From positions 30,975 through 94,974 of the forward strand of contig CAVVGT010000012.1 in NCBI GenBank assembly GCA_963747775.1: a stretch of 64,000 nucleotides of DNA. Reading direction: 5' to 3'. Shown one piece after another: positions 10,109-19,352 of the stretch; positions within the stretch are counted from its first letter, which is position 1, and the number at the start of each line of letters is the position of its first letter. Source of the stretch: an uncultured beta proteobacterium (lineage in GTDB: Bacteria; Pseudomonadota; Gammaproteobacteria; Burkholderiales; SG8-39). The translations under genes were made by a program, and so were the position numbers. The notes under the pieces are model-generated. The model worked only from the letters and a program-made list of their open reading frames with translations. It had not been told where the DNA came from and did no database searches.

Positions 10109-10507
10109 TCAGGGCAGCTGGATCTTCCCGCCGCCGCCGCGCGGGCCGCCGCCGAGGTCTGGCACGCCGCCCTGCGGGATGACGATCGACGAGGCCGCCT
10201 GGCGGCGCAGGTCCTGCAGCTCGCGCACGGTGCGCTCGATCGCCTCCTTGGCGAGCGGGCCGAACTTGACCGCGGCGTCCTCGACCGAGGTCGCGTCGAT
10301 CTCGAACACGATCGGCAGCGCGCCGACGGTGCTCATCACCTGGGTCTCGCCGACGTAAGTGATCTCGCGCGAGGGGTCGCGCTCGCCATCGCCCTTCACC
10401 GGGGTCATGCGGCGGATCGTGCCGACGCGCCGATCGGTGAAGACTTCCTCGAGATACAGGGCGGCCGGGTCGATGTTGGGCTCGGTGGGGCCGGGGCGGG
10501 TAGCCAT
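10109..10507 (-). CDS. Conserved hypothetical cytoplasmic protein
   Basis: GGAG RBS; LYLEEVFTDRRVGTIRRMTPV; GC-typical codon use. Confidence 0.8.
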   Translation of the reverse strand: MATRPGPTEPNIDPAALYLEEVFTDRRVGTIRRMTPVKGDGERDPSREITYVGETQVMSTVGALPIVFEIDATSVEDAAVKFGPLAKEAIERTVRELQDLRRQAASSIVIPQGGVPDLGGGPRGGGGKIQLP

Positions 10508-10578
10508 GGCGATGCTCCTGGAGTCAGAATGCCGCCTATTGTCCCGCAGTCGGGCGCCGCGCGCCGACCGGAGCTCGA

Positions 10579-11244
10579 ATGGATCGCCGCCGACTGGTTC
10601 TCGCCGTACCGACGCTTGCGGTCATGAGTATGGCCGCCGCGCAGGCGCCCGATCGGGATGCGCAGCTAGTCCGCGCCGCGGACGCCGGCGATGCGGCGCA
10701 GGTGCGCACGCTGCTCGCGCAGGGGGCGGGCGTGAAGGCGCGCGATGCCCGGGGACGCACCGCGCTGCTTGCCGCCACGCAGGGCAACCGGGTCGAGGCG
10801 GCGCGGCTCCTGATCGAGGCGGGCGCGGACGTCAACGCGCAGGACGACATCCGCGACAGCGCGTTCCTCCTCGCCGGCGCGCGCGGCTATCTCGAGATCC
10901 TGCGCATGACGCTGAAGGCGGGCGCGGACCTGAAGAGCACCAACCGTTACGGCGGCACCGCGCTCATTCCGGCGTGCCACTATGGCCACGTCGAAACGGT
11001 GCGCGAGCTGCTTGCGACGAAGATCGACGTCGACCACGTCAACAACCTCGGCTGGACGGCGCTGCTGGAGGCGGTGATCCTCGGCGACGGGGGCGCGGCG
11101 CACACCGAGATCGTGCGGCTTCTCGTCGCCGCCAAAGCGAACCTGGACATCGCGGATCGGCAGGGCGTCACGCCACTCCAGCACGCGCGGGGTCGCGGCT
11201 ACCGGGAGATCGCGGCAATCCTCGAGAAGGCCGCCGGGCGCTAG
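10579..11244 (+). CDS. Exported ankyrin-repeat protein
   Basis: Repeated GxTAL/GADVN motifs; MDRRRLVL..AAA signal. Confidence 0.92.
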   Translation: MDRRRLVLAVPTLAVMSMAAAQAPDRDAQLVRAADAGDAAQVRTLLAQGAGVKARDARGRTALLAATQGNRVEAARLLIEAGADVNAQDDIRDSAFLLAGARGYLEILRMTLKAGADLKSTNRYGGTALIPACHYGHVETVRELLATKIDVDHVNNLGWTALLEAVILGDGGAAHTEIVRLLVAAKANLDIADRQGVTPLQHARGRGYREIAAILEKAAGR

Positions 11245-12131
11245 CCCTTCCGGCGTTGCTCGTACGCCGCGATCGCGGCGCCGCTCGTCAGGATGATCGC
11301 GATGCCGACGAGCGTCACGGCGTCGGGGAACTGCCCGAAGAAGACGAGCCCCGAGATCGTCGCCTGGACGATGTGCATGTATATGAACGGCGCGATGAAG
11401 GACGCCGGCGCGAGGCGGTAGGCGCGCATCAGGAGCAGATGGCTCACCGAGCCGGTGACGCCGAACGACAGGAAGAGAATCGTCTGCCACAGGTCGGGCC
11501 AGCGGTCCGGTAGGCCGAAGGGCAGCAGCGCGGTTGCGGCGACGGTACCGACGAATGACGAGAGGAAAACCGTGGTGATCGGATGCTCGGTCAGCGCGAG
11601 GCGGCGCGACATCAGCTGGAACGCCGCGTTGCAGGCGAGCGTCGCAATCGCGAAGACGATGCCGATCGTCGCGAGCCCCGATCCCGGCCGGACGATGACC
11701 AGCATGCCGGCGAAGCCGGCGAGCGCCGCCGCCCAGCGCGCCCGGCCGACGTGCTCGCCGAGCAGGGGCCCGGCGAGCACGAGGATGAGAAGCGGCGCGA
11801 CGAAGCTGATCGCGGTCGCCTCGGCCTGCGGCAGGTATTTCAGCGCCGCGAAGAGGAAGATCGCGAAGCTGAACACCGTGACCGCGCGCGCGAGCTGCAG
11901 CGCCGGGCGCCGGGTCCTGAGCAGCGCGCGGTCCCCGATCGCCGCGACGTACGCCGCCATGAAGAGGAGATGAAAGAAATAACGCGCCCAGACGACGCTG
12001 AGTACGGGGAAGTCGCGCACCAGGTACTTGCCGGTGGCGTCGACGAGCACGAACAGGAACTGCGCACCGAGGAAGAGCAGCAGCGCCGTCAGGAGCCCGC
12101 CCTTCCCGGCGCTGCCGCGACGCGGGGACAT
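11241..12131 (-). CDS. DMT/EamA family transporter
   Basis: About 10 hydrophobic segments; VVWARY, LLGEHVG, IVRPG. Confidence 0.9.
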   Translation of the reverse strand: MSPRRGSAGKGGLLTALLLFLGAQFLFVLVDATGKYLVRDFPVLSVVWARYFFHLLFMAAYVAAIGDRALLRTRRPALQLARAVTVFSFAIFLFAALKYLPQAEATAISFVAPLLILVLAGPLLGEHVGRARWAAALAGFAGMLVIVRPGSGLATIGIVFAIATLACNAAFQLMSRRLALTEHPITTVFLSSFVGTVAATALLPFGLPDRWPDLWQTILFLSFGVTGSVSHLLLMRAYRLAPASFIAPFIYMHIVQATISGLVFFGQFPDAVTLVGIAIILTSGAAIAAYEQRRKG

Positions 12132-12205
12132 GACGCGGAGCCTATCAGACGCCGCGCGGCTACAATCCGGCGCGTCCGCACCAGCGCACCGACCCAGGGG
12201 ACACG

Positions 12206-13168
12206 ATGATCCGCGCCGCTCTCGCCGCCGCGCTCGCGCTCTGCGCGACGCTTCCCGCCGTCGCCCAGGAATGGCCCGCCAGGCCGATCCGCATCGTCGT
12301 CCCGTTCTCGCCCGGGGGCGTCGCCGACAACAGCGCGCGCGTGATCGCCGACAAGCTCGGTGCGCGCCTCGGCCAGCAGGTGATCGTCGAGAACCGCGCG
12401 GGCGCGAGCGGCAACATCGGAGCCGAGGCGGTCGCGAAGGCCGTACCCGACGGGTACACCCTGCTCCTCGGCTTCGACGGCACGATGGTCATCAACCCGC
12501 ACGTGTTCGCGAAGCTGGGGTTCGACACGCTGCGCGACTTCCAGCCGGTCACCAAGCTCGGCGACGCAACGCTGATCCTCGTCGCGCACCCGTCGCTGCC
12601 GGCGAACAGCCTCGCGGAGCTGATCGCCTACTCGAAGGCGCAGTCGGGCGGCGTGGCCTATGGCACTTCCGGTACGGGCGGCACGCCGCATCTCGCCGGG
12701 GAGCTGCTCGTCCAGCGCAGCGGCGCGAACCTCGTGCACGTGCCCTACAAGGGCGGCGGGCAGGCGATCGGCGACGTCGTCGGCGGGCAGATTCCGCTCG
12801 TGTACACGGCGATCGCCACCGCGCAGCAGTACGTGAAGTCGGGTCGCCTCAAGGCGATCGCCGTATCGAGCGGGAAACGCGCGAGCTCGCTGCCGGAGGT
12901 GCCGACCTTCGTCGAGGGCGGCCAGCCGGGGTTCGTCGTCGACTCCTGGGTCGGCATTCTCGCGCCGGCGAAGACCCCGCGCCCGATCGTCGACCGGCTG
13001 CAGAAGGAGATCGCGGCAGTGCTCGCGGACAAGGAGGTGAAGGCGCGCTATGAGGTGCTCGGCATCGAGCCGGTCGGCAACACGCCGGGCGAGTTCGCGG
13101 CGCAGATCAAGACGGACCTCAGCCGCTGGGAGCAGGTGGTGAAGCAGGCAGGCATCAAGGTGGACTGA
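12206..13168 (+). CDS. Bug/TctC tripartite tricarboxylate transporter substrate-binding protein
   Basis: WPARPIRIVVPFSPGG, VENRAGASG, HVPYKGGG. Confidence 0.95.
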   Translation: MIRAALAAALALCATLPAVAQEWPARPIRIVVPFSPGGVADNSARVIADKLGARLGQQVIVENRAGASGNIGAEAVAKAVPDGYTLLLGFDGTMVINPHVFAKLGFDTLRDFQPVTKLGDATLILVAHPSLPANSLAELIAYSKAQSGGVAYGTSGTGGTPHLAGELLVQRSGANLVHVPYKGGGQAIGDVVGGQIPLVYTAIATAQQYVKSGRLKAIAVSSGKRASSLPEVPTFVEGGQPGFVVDSWVGILAPAKTPRPIVDRLQKEIAAVLADKEVKARYEVLGIEPVGNTPGEFAAQIKTDLSRWEQVVKQAGIKVD

Positions 13169-13172
13169 GATC

Positions 13173-13925
13173 ATGGCCGAAGTGATTGCATTTCCCGCGG
13201 GCGGTTACCGCTACATCAAGGGCGTCTTCCAGTACTCGGCCGGCGTCGCCGCCGAGCCCGGGTTCGAGATCGAGCGCGTGCGCTTCCGCCGCCCGCTGCC
13301 GCTCGCCGAAGGCTTCCGCGTGGTGGAGGCGCAGGTGCGCGGCATGGGTCGGCCGCTGACCGCGTTCTGCGCGTGCGAGCTGCGCTCGCCGGCGCCGTTC
13401 ACCGAGGAAGGGTTCACCGCGTTCAACCGCGTCTATGTCGGCACGCTCGAGCGCTGGGGCCTCTACCGCGGCGGACTGAACCCGGTCGCGCGCTCGAACG
13501 TTTGCCCCGCGGTCAATCCACCGTCGGAGCCGAGCCTGCACGCGTTCTCGTACACCGTGCCGGCCGAGGACGACATCGTCGCGAGCTTCGTGATCGCCGG
13601 CAGCGGCGAGGCGCCGGAGGGCATGGGCAACTACCGGGATCACATCATCCGCCGCGGCGACGCGTCCGCTGCAGGTCTGCTCGAGAAGGCGCGCTGGGTA
13701 CTCGGGGAGATGGAGCGCCGGATGGGCGCGCTCGGCTTCGCATGGCGCGACACCACCGCGACGCAGCTCTACACCGTTCACGACGTCCATCCGTTCCTCG
13801 CCGACGAGATCGTCAGGCGCGGTGCAGCGTCGGGCGGGCTCACGTGGCACTTCTGCCGGCCGCCGGTGGTCGAGCTCGACTACGAGATGGACGTGCGCGG
13901 GGTCGCGCGGGAGCTGGTGCTTTAG
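13173..13925 (+). CDS. CnbZ-like (2-amino-5-chloromuconate deaminase family) protein
   Basis: GVFQYSAGVAA, FCACELRSP, NPVARSNVCP, RPPVVELDYEMD. Confidence 0.75.
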   Translation: MAEVIAFPAGGYRYIKGVFQYSAGVAAEPGFEIERVRFRRPLPLAEGFRVVEAQVRGMGRPLTAFCACELRSPAPFTEEGFTAFNRVYVGTLERWGLYRGGLNPVARSNVCPAVNPPSEPSLHAFSYTVPAEDDIVASFVIAGSGEAPEGMGNYRDHIIRRGDASAAGLLEKARWVLGEMERRMGALGFAWRDTTATQLYTVHDVHPFLADEIVRRGAASGGLTWHFCRPPVVELDYEMDVRGVARELVL

Positions 13926-13998
13926 TTCGCTTCGACGACACGAGGGGCCGCATCTCCTCGTACTCCCCAATGCCAGGGCCCCAACGTCCTTGGGGCCG

Positions 13999-14718
13999 TC
14001 AGCTCAATGCGCCATCCACCGCGATCACCTGCCCGGAGATGTAGCCCGCGCGGTCGGAGGCGAGGAAGGCGACGAGGTCCGCGACCTCCTGCGGCGTGCC
14101 GGCTCGCTGCATCGGCACAAGCGCCTTGATGCGCTCCGGCGGAAACGCCTCCGCGGTGATCTCCGACTCGATGACGCCGGGCGCAATCGCGTTGACCGTC
14201 ACGCCGCGCGAGGCGCACTCGAGCGCGAGCGCGCGCATTGCGCCGATGAGCCCCGCCTTCGCCGCCGCGTAATTGGTCTGGCCGCGGTTGCCCTTGATCG
14301 CGGACACCGACGACACGTTCACGATGCGCCCCCAGCGGGTGCGCAGCATCGGCATCAGCAGCGGCTGCGTCACGTTGAAGAAGCCGTTGAGGGAGACGTC
14401 GATGACCGCGCGCCAGGCCTCGCCGCTCATCCCAGCCATGACGCCGTCGCGGACCGTGCCGGCGCTGTTCACCAGCACCTGGATGGCGCCGGCGTCGAGC
14501 AGCCGCTCCAGCGCGGAACGCGTCGCGCCGGCATCGGTGACGTCGAACCCCACCGCTTCCGCGGCGCCGCCCGCCGCGATGATCTCTGCCACGACGCGCT
14601 CCGCGTTCTCGGGGCGCGAGTGCGCATGCACGATCACGTGCAGGCCACCGGCGGCGAGCGTGCGCGCGATCGCGGCGCCCAGCGCACCGCTTCCCCCGGT
14701 GACCAGCGCCCGCTTCAC
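13999..14718 (-). CDS. fabG: 3-oxoacyl-ACP reductase (aryl-polyene type)
   Basis: TGGSGALG and NYAAAK; GTG start overlaps the upstream stop. Confidence 0.92.
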   Translation of the reverse strand: MKRALVTGGSGALGAAIARTLAAGGLHVIVHAHSRPENAERVVAEIIAAGGAAEAVGFDVTDAGATRSALERLLDAGAIQVLVNSAGTVRDGVMAGMSGEAWRAVIDVSLNGFFNVTQPLLMPMLRTRWGRIVNVSSVSAIKGNRGQTNYAAAKAGLIGAMRALALECASRGVTVNAIAPGVIESEITAEAFPPERIKALVPMQRAGTPQEVADLVAFLASDRAGYISGQVIAVDGALS

Positions 14719-15152
14719 GACGCTCCCGCACTGATCCCGAGCATGACGGTTGCGCGACCCTCCGCAAGCGCTCGGCCGCCCGCTTGGACGACGAACGCAT
14801 AAACCAGCCCGGCGGCGCCAGCCGCGAGCCGCGTCGCCGCGATCTCGAGGTCCTCGGCGACGTCGTCGAGCCACACCGAGTGAAGCCGCACGTCGCGCAC
14901 CGCGACGAGCTGGCCGGGGGTGGCACCTGCGCCGCCGGCCAGGGCCCCGTGCGCTGCCATCGCCTGGGCCGCGTACTCGATCGCCGCAGCGGCCGGCAGG
15001 CGGCCGTCCACCCGCAGCGGATTGGCCGCCGAGCGATGGCTCGCCGCGCGGCACACGACGCGCGCGGCGTCGTGCGCCTCGACCGTGTCGAGCAGGCACA
15101 TCGCGCCGCGGTGCGGCAGCAGTGCCTCGAGCTCAGTTCGCGCGAGCGGCAC
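14715..15152 (-). CDS. Hotdog-fold dehydratase (ApeP-like)
   Basis: LLPHRGAMCLLD, IEYAAQAMAAHG. Confidence 0.85.
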   Translation of the reverse strand: MPLARTELEALLPHRGAMCLLDTVEAHDAARVVCRAASHRSAANPLRVDGRLPAAAAIEYAAQAMAAHGALAGGAGATPGQLVAVRDVRLHSVWLDDVAEDLEIAATRLAAGAAGLVYAFVVQAGGRALAEGRATVMLGISAGAS

Positions 15153-15221
15153 GGACGGGCACCTTCACGGCAGCGACGCAGGCGAGGAGAACGCGGGGAT
15201 CCAAGGTCGTCGGTGGCGTAA

Positions 15222-15252
15222 CGCGTTGCGAGCCCGAGAATATCGCAACGCG
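15222..15252. terminator. Stem-loop downstream of the MMPL gene
   Basis: CGCGTTGCGA-11 nt-TCGCAACGCG; no clear U-tract. Confidence 0.45.
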
Positions 15253-15254
15253 CG

Positions 15255-17567
15255 TCACCGCGGCTGCGACCACGCGGCGGCGAAGACGAGCGAGAGCGCC
15301 GCGCCGAGCGCGACGGTCGTGCCGATCGCCTGCAGGATCGCGGTGCCGGAGGTCGCCAGCGCCCCGAACGCGATCAGCGTCGTGGCGGTGGCGACCAACA
15401 CCGCATAGGCGTTGCGCAGGCGCTCGTCGTCGTCGGGCACGAAGCGGCTGAAGAACAGCGAGTAGTTCGTCCCGATGCCGAGGACCAGCAGGAGCGCCAC
15501 GAGGTGCAGGAGCGAGAGCCGGGTGCCCGCCGCCGCGAGCGCCGCCGCCGTGGTTGCGATCGCCGCCAGCACGGGGAGCATCACGACGGTCACGGCGCGC
15601 GCGCTGCGCAGGCCGAGGGCAAGGACGGCGCCGATGACCAGGACGCCGAGGCCGGCGAGCTGGAGCGACTGGTCGCGATAGGCGCTCACCATCGCGTCGG
15701 ACTCCGCCTTAAGGTCGAGGAGCGTCACCTCGGGGTCGCGCAGCGCACCGACGGTCTGCGCGAGCGCGCCTGCGTCGGCGAGACCCGTGAGCGGGGCGAG
15801 CCCCGCCCAGCGCCCCTCGAGCTCGACGAGCAGCGCGCGCGCGGCGAGGCCCCACACGGTGCCCTCGAGATCCTTCGCGTCCAGCGGCGGCGCCGTGCGT
15901 GCGCGCTCGACCTCCGCGAGAAACGGCGCGAAGAGACCGTCGCGGAACGGCAGACCCTCGGTCGCGGTTGAAAGGTGGCGCACCAGCTCCGGTTCCTCGA
16001 GCAGGGCGGCCTGCCGCGCGCGCTGCGCCGCGACGCTGGGCAGGTACCGAGCCGGCGTGTCGAAGCCGCGCACTACCCCGCGCGCGACGAGCTGCGCGAG
16101 ATCCGGCTCGAGGCGCTCGAGGCGCTGCAGTACCGCCTCGCGCGTTGCGCCGGTGACGACGATCAGATGACGCACGTCCGGCGCGCCGAGGGCGTCGCGC
16201 ATCTCCTGGTCGCGGCGCTTCTCCGCCTCTGCGATCGGATTCAGGTTGGCGAGATTGTTCTCCCAGAGCCGTGCATGGTTGAAGGTCAGCACGGTTATCG
16301 CCGCCACCAGCGCGACCGGCACCAAGGCGGCGAGCTTGCGCACGCCGCGAGCGAGCACTGCCAGCGCGGCCGGCGCCGGCACCGCTGGCGCATCGCGCGT
16401 CGCCCATCGTTCGGGGACGACTGCGGGGAGCACGTAGCGGGTCGCCAGGCCCGCGGCCAGCGCGCCGACGAAGGTGAGCAGCCCGAGTTGCGCCAGGCCC
16501 GTGAAGCTCGACAGTAGCATCGCGAGCGAGCCGAACACCGTGGTGAGCACCGCGAGCCGCAACGTCGGCCACACCCGCGCCGCGGTCGCGGCGAGCGCCT
16601 CTCCGCGCGCGCGCTGCGCGAACAGGTACGTCGAGTAATCGGCCGCCTCGCCGATGAGCGTGGCCCCGAACCCGAGCGTGATGCCGTGCACCGCCCCGAA
16701 CGCGACGGCGACCGCCGCGATGCCGGCGAGGATGCCGGTCGCAACCGGCAATGCGCCGAACGCCACGAGCGCTGCGCGCCGGTACGCTGCGTAGAGCACG
16801 AGCGCAACGCCGACGCTCGCGACGAGCGACAGCCGCCACGCGTCCTGCTCGATCGCGTCGCGCGAGCGCACGGCGAACACGCTGGGGCCGCTCAAGACGA
16901 GGCGCACGCCGGGATCGGTGCGCACTGTGGCGAACGCCATCGCGATCTCGGCCTGAATCGCGGCCTGGGCGTCGAGGTCATAGCCCGGCGCGCGGGTCTC
17001 GGCCGTCAGCAGCGCGCGCCGCCGCCCGACGTCGAACCAGACGCCCTCGCGCAGGGCGGGCTGCGTGCGCCCGGCGTGCACGGCGAGGAGCGTCGTGAGC
17101 TCGCCGGTCGGGTCGCGCGCGAGCGTTGGGCGCACAAGGGTACCGGCGGGCGAGGCGAGCAGCTCGAGCGTGCGCTCGAGCGCGGCGCGCAGGCCGGCAG
17201 CGGAAAACTGCTCCGCGCTCACCGCGGGGCTGAGGAGGTAGCGATGGTCGAGCAGCGCGTCGCGGTCGCGCTTGGAGAGGCCGCCTGCGCCGTTCGCCAC
17301 GTAGGCGAAGCGGTCGCTTGCGCGGAGCCGCTCGGTGAGCGCACGGCTCGTCGCCGCGAGCGTCGCCTCGTCGGCGCCCTCGAGCCCGACGAGGACGAGC
17401 CGTGCGGCGACGCCGTCGCGCAGCTGCGCGATCAGCAGTGCCTGGTTCGGGGTGACGGACGGCGGGAGGAACGCGGTGAGGTCCGCGGTGTAGGTCGCCC
17501 GCACGGCGATCCATGCGCACGCAATGACGGCGGCGAGCCAAAGCGCAACGGCCGCGCCGCGCCTCAA
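15255..17567 (-). CDS. MMPL/RND family exporter
   Basis: TLGFGATLIGEAADY and LLVLGIGTNYSLF; two TM blocks; TTG start coupled to the upstream stop. Confidence 0.9.
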   Translation of the reverse strand: MRRGAAVALWLAAVIACAWIAVRATYTADLTAFLPPSVTPNQALLIAQLRDGVAARLVLVGLEGADEATLAATSRALTERLRASDRFAYVANGAGGLSKRDRDALLDHRYLLSPAVSAEQFSAAGLRAALERTLELLASPAGTLVRPTLARDPTGELTTLLAVHAGRTQPALREGVWFDVGRRRALLTAETRAPGYDLDAQAAIQAEIAMAFATVRTDPGVRLVLSGPSVFAVRSRDAIEQDAWRLSLVASVGVALVLYAAYRRAALVAFGALPVATGILAGIAAVAVAFGAVHGITLGFGATLIGEAADYSTYLFAQRARGEALAATAARVWPTLRLAVLTTVFGSLAMLLSSFTGLAQLGLLTFVGALAAGLATRYVLPAVVPERWATRDAPAVPAPAALAVLARGVRKLAALVPVALVAAITVLTFNHARLWENNLANLNPIAEAEKRRDQEMRDALGAPDVRHLIVVTGATREAVLQRLERLEPDLAQLVARGVVRGFDTPARYLPSVAAQRARQAALLEEPELVRHLSTATEGLPFRDGLFAPFLAEVERARTAPPLDAKDLEGTVWGLAARALLVELEGRWAGLAPLTGLADAGALAQTVGALRDPEVTLLDLKAESDAMVSAYRDQSLQLAGLGVLVIGAVLALGLRSARAVTVVMLPVLAAIATTAAALAAAGTRLSLLHLVALLLVLGIGTNYSLFFSRFVPDDDERLRNAYAVLVATATTLIAFGALATSGTAILQAIGTTVALGAALSLVFAAAWSQPR

Positions 17568-18133
17568 CGCGCGCCCTCGCCGAAGCGCGTGACGACGCGA
17601 TCGCCGCCCGTCTCGAGGACCTCCATGCCGGTGAGTCGCCCGCCGACACCGCCGATGCGGATGACGGTCACGAGCTCTGCCATGACCGGATCGGACGGGA
17701 GCAGCACGAGCGTCCAACCGGGCGGCGCGCCCTCGAGCTCGACGCGATAGTAGCGCTTGAGCGAGGCGAGATCGCCGCGCAGCGTCGCGCGGATGCTCTC
17801 GAGGAATGCGCCGAGCGCCGGCTGGCTCGCGATCGACACGGTCCGGGGCGGCGCGCCCTTGCGCTCGATCGTGACGCGGTCACCGTCCACCAGGTAGCGC
17901 TCCTCGACCGGTGTCTGCACGCGGCGCTCGAGCTGCGCGGGGTGCGTGAAACGCAGCTCGCCGCTCGTGACGAGAGGCGCCTTGAGCGCGCTCGAGTGGC
18001 GCGTCTCGGTGAACGTGACGGTCGAATCGCCGCCCGCCGCCAGGCTGCGCATCAGGTCCTCCACCGCATACGGCGCTTGCGCGCATGCGGCGCCGGCGCC
18101 GAGCAGCGCGACGGCGAATGCGACGCGGATCAC
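17564..18133 (-). CDS. LolA-like periplasmic carrier
   Basis: Signal peptide VIRVAFAVALLGAGAACA; FTETRHSSALKAPLVTSGELRF. Confidence 0.85.
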   Translation of the reverse strand: MIRVAFAVALLGAGAACAQAPYAVEDLMRSLAAGGDSTVTFTETRHSSALKAPLVTSGELRFTHPAQLERRVQTPVEERYLVDGDRVTIERKGAPPRTVSIASQPALGAFLESIRATLRGDLASLKRYYRVELEGAPPGWTLVLLPSDPVMAELVTVIRIGGVGGRLTGMEVLETGGDRVVTRFGEGAR

Positions 18134-19056
18134 GTCCGCGACTCCTGATCGGGCGACGCCCAGACGTCGTAGAAGTTGAACCAGTTGTACGGCGCGCTGC
18201 GCGCGTAATGCTCGAGGCGCATCGCGTACTCGCGGGCGAGCGCGGCCATCGCTTCGGCGCGGCCCGCCCGCGGCACCTCGAGCGGATCGCGAAACACCTC
18301 GAAGTGCACGTCGTAGCGGCGCCCCCCGCGGTAGAGCCCGAAGCAGATCACGACCGGGGCGCCGAGCACTGCGGCGATCGCGTACGGGGCCTGGGGGAAG
18401 CGCATCATCGCCCCGAGGAACGGGCAAGCCACGGGCTTCCCGCCGGGGCGCAGGCGGTCGCCGAGCACGCCGAGCATTGCGCCCGCATCCACCCGCTCCT
18501 TGGCGCGGATCAGCGAGTCGGGCCTGCCGGCCTCGATGATCAGCTTCGCAAGCTCGGGGTTGAGTGCGGCGAACGCGCCGGTGGCTTTATGCGCGTTCGC
18601 GTTGTCCATCAGCATCGCGAGCGGCCAGTGCGCGCCGAATATCGCCGCGGCCCGCAGCGCCTCGAAGCTGCCGAGGTGGGAGCCGAGGAGCACGCAGCCC
18701 TTCCCGCGCTCGACGATCGCCCGCAGCTCGGCCGCGCCGTGCAGCCGGATATCGAAGTAGTCCCAGCGGCCCGATAGGAAATACACCCGGTCGAGCAGCG
18801 TGGCGGCGAAAGTGTAGTAGTGCCGATAGAGGTCGGCGAGCGTGGCCGTCCGCCCGAGCACGCGCTCGAGATAGGCGCGCGAGGCGGCGCGCGCGCGACC
18901 CGAGAAGACGAGGAAGTACACGACGATCGGCGGCAGGAACGTACGGCCGACCGTGCGGCCGAGCTTGCGCGTGACCCAGATCATGAAGGCGAGGAGGCGC
19001 GGGCTGCCGCGCTCGCGCACCTCGCGCCACGGGACGTCGGCGCGTATCGAGCTCAT
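18130..19056 (-). CDS. LpxL/LpxP-like acyltransferase
   Basis: ERGS, SHLGSFE, PYNWFNFYD. Confidence 0.88.
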   Translation of the reverse strand: MSSIRADVPWREVRERGSPRLLAFMIWVTRKLGRTVGRTFLPPIVVYFLVFSGRARAASRAYLERVLGRTATLADLYRHYYTFAATLLDRVYFLSGRWDYFDIRLHGAAELRAIVERGKGCVLLGSHLGSFEALRAAAIFGAHWPLAMLMDNANAHKATGAFAALNPELAKLIIEAGRPDSLIRAKERVDAGAMLGVLGDRLRPGGKPVACPFLGAMMRFPQAPYAIAAVLGAPVVICFGLYRGGRRYDVHFEVFRDPLEVPRAGRAEAMAALAREYAMRLEHYARSAPYNWFNFYDVWASPDQESRT

Positions 19057-19352
19057 CGGCGTTCGAAGCGCAGCGTCCCGCGGGCAATCACGCGCTCGCC
19101 GCTGCGGCACTCGAAGCGCGCCTCGGCGGGGCCGAGCGCCGGGAACGTGATCGCACAGGGCTCGCCCGGTGCAAGGGGTGCGAGAAACTTCGCTTGCGGG
19201 ATTGCGGTGATCCGCACCGGCCCCGCGCGGTGCGCGAGCGCGGCGAGCACGTGGCCGAGGAGCAGCACGCCGGGCACGAGCGGATTGCCCGGGAAGTGGC
19301 CGGGCAGCGCCGGGTGGTCGGGCCGGATCACGAAGTCCGGATCACTCCCCAT
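19053..19352 (-). CDS. FabZ/ApeI-like dehydratase
   Basis: HPALPGHFPGNPLVPGV. Confidence 0.88.
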   Translation of the reverse strand: MGSDPDFVIRPDHPALPGHFPGNPLVPGVLLLGHVLAALAHRAGPVRITAIPQAKFLAPLAPGEPCAITFPALGPAEARFECRSGERVIARGTLRFERR

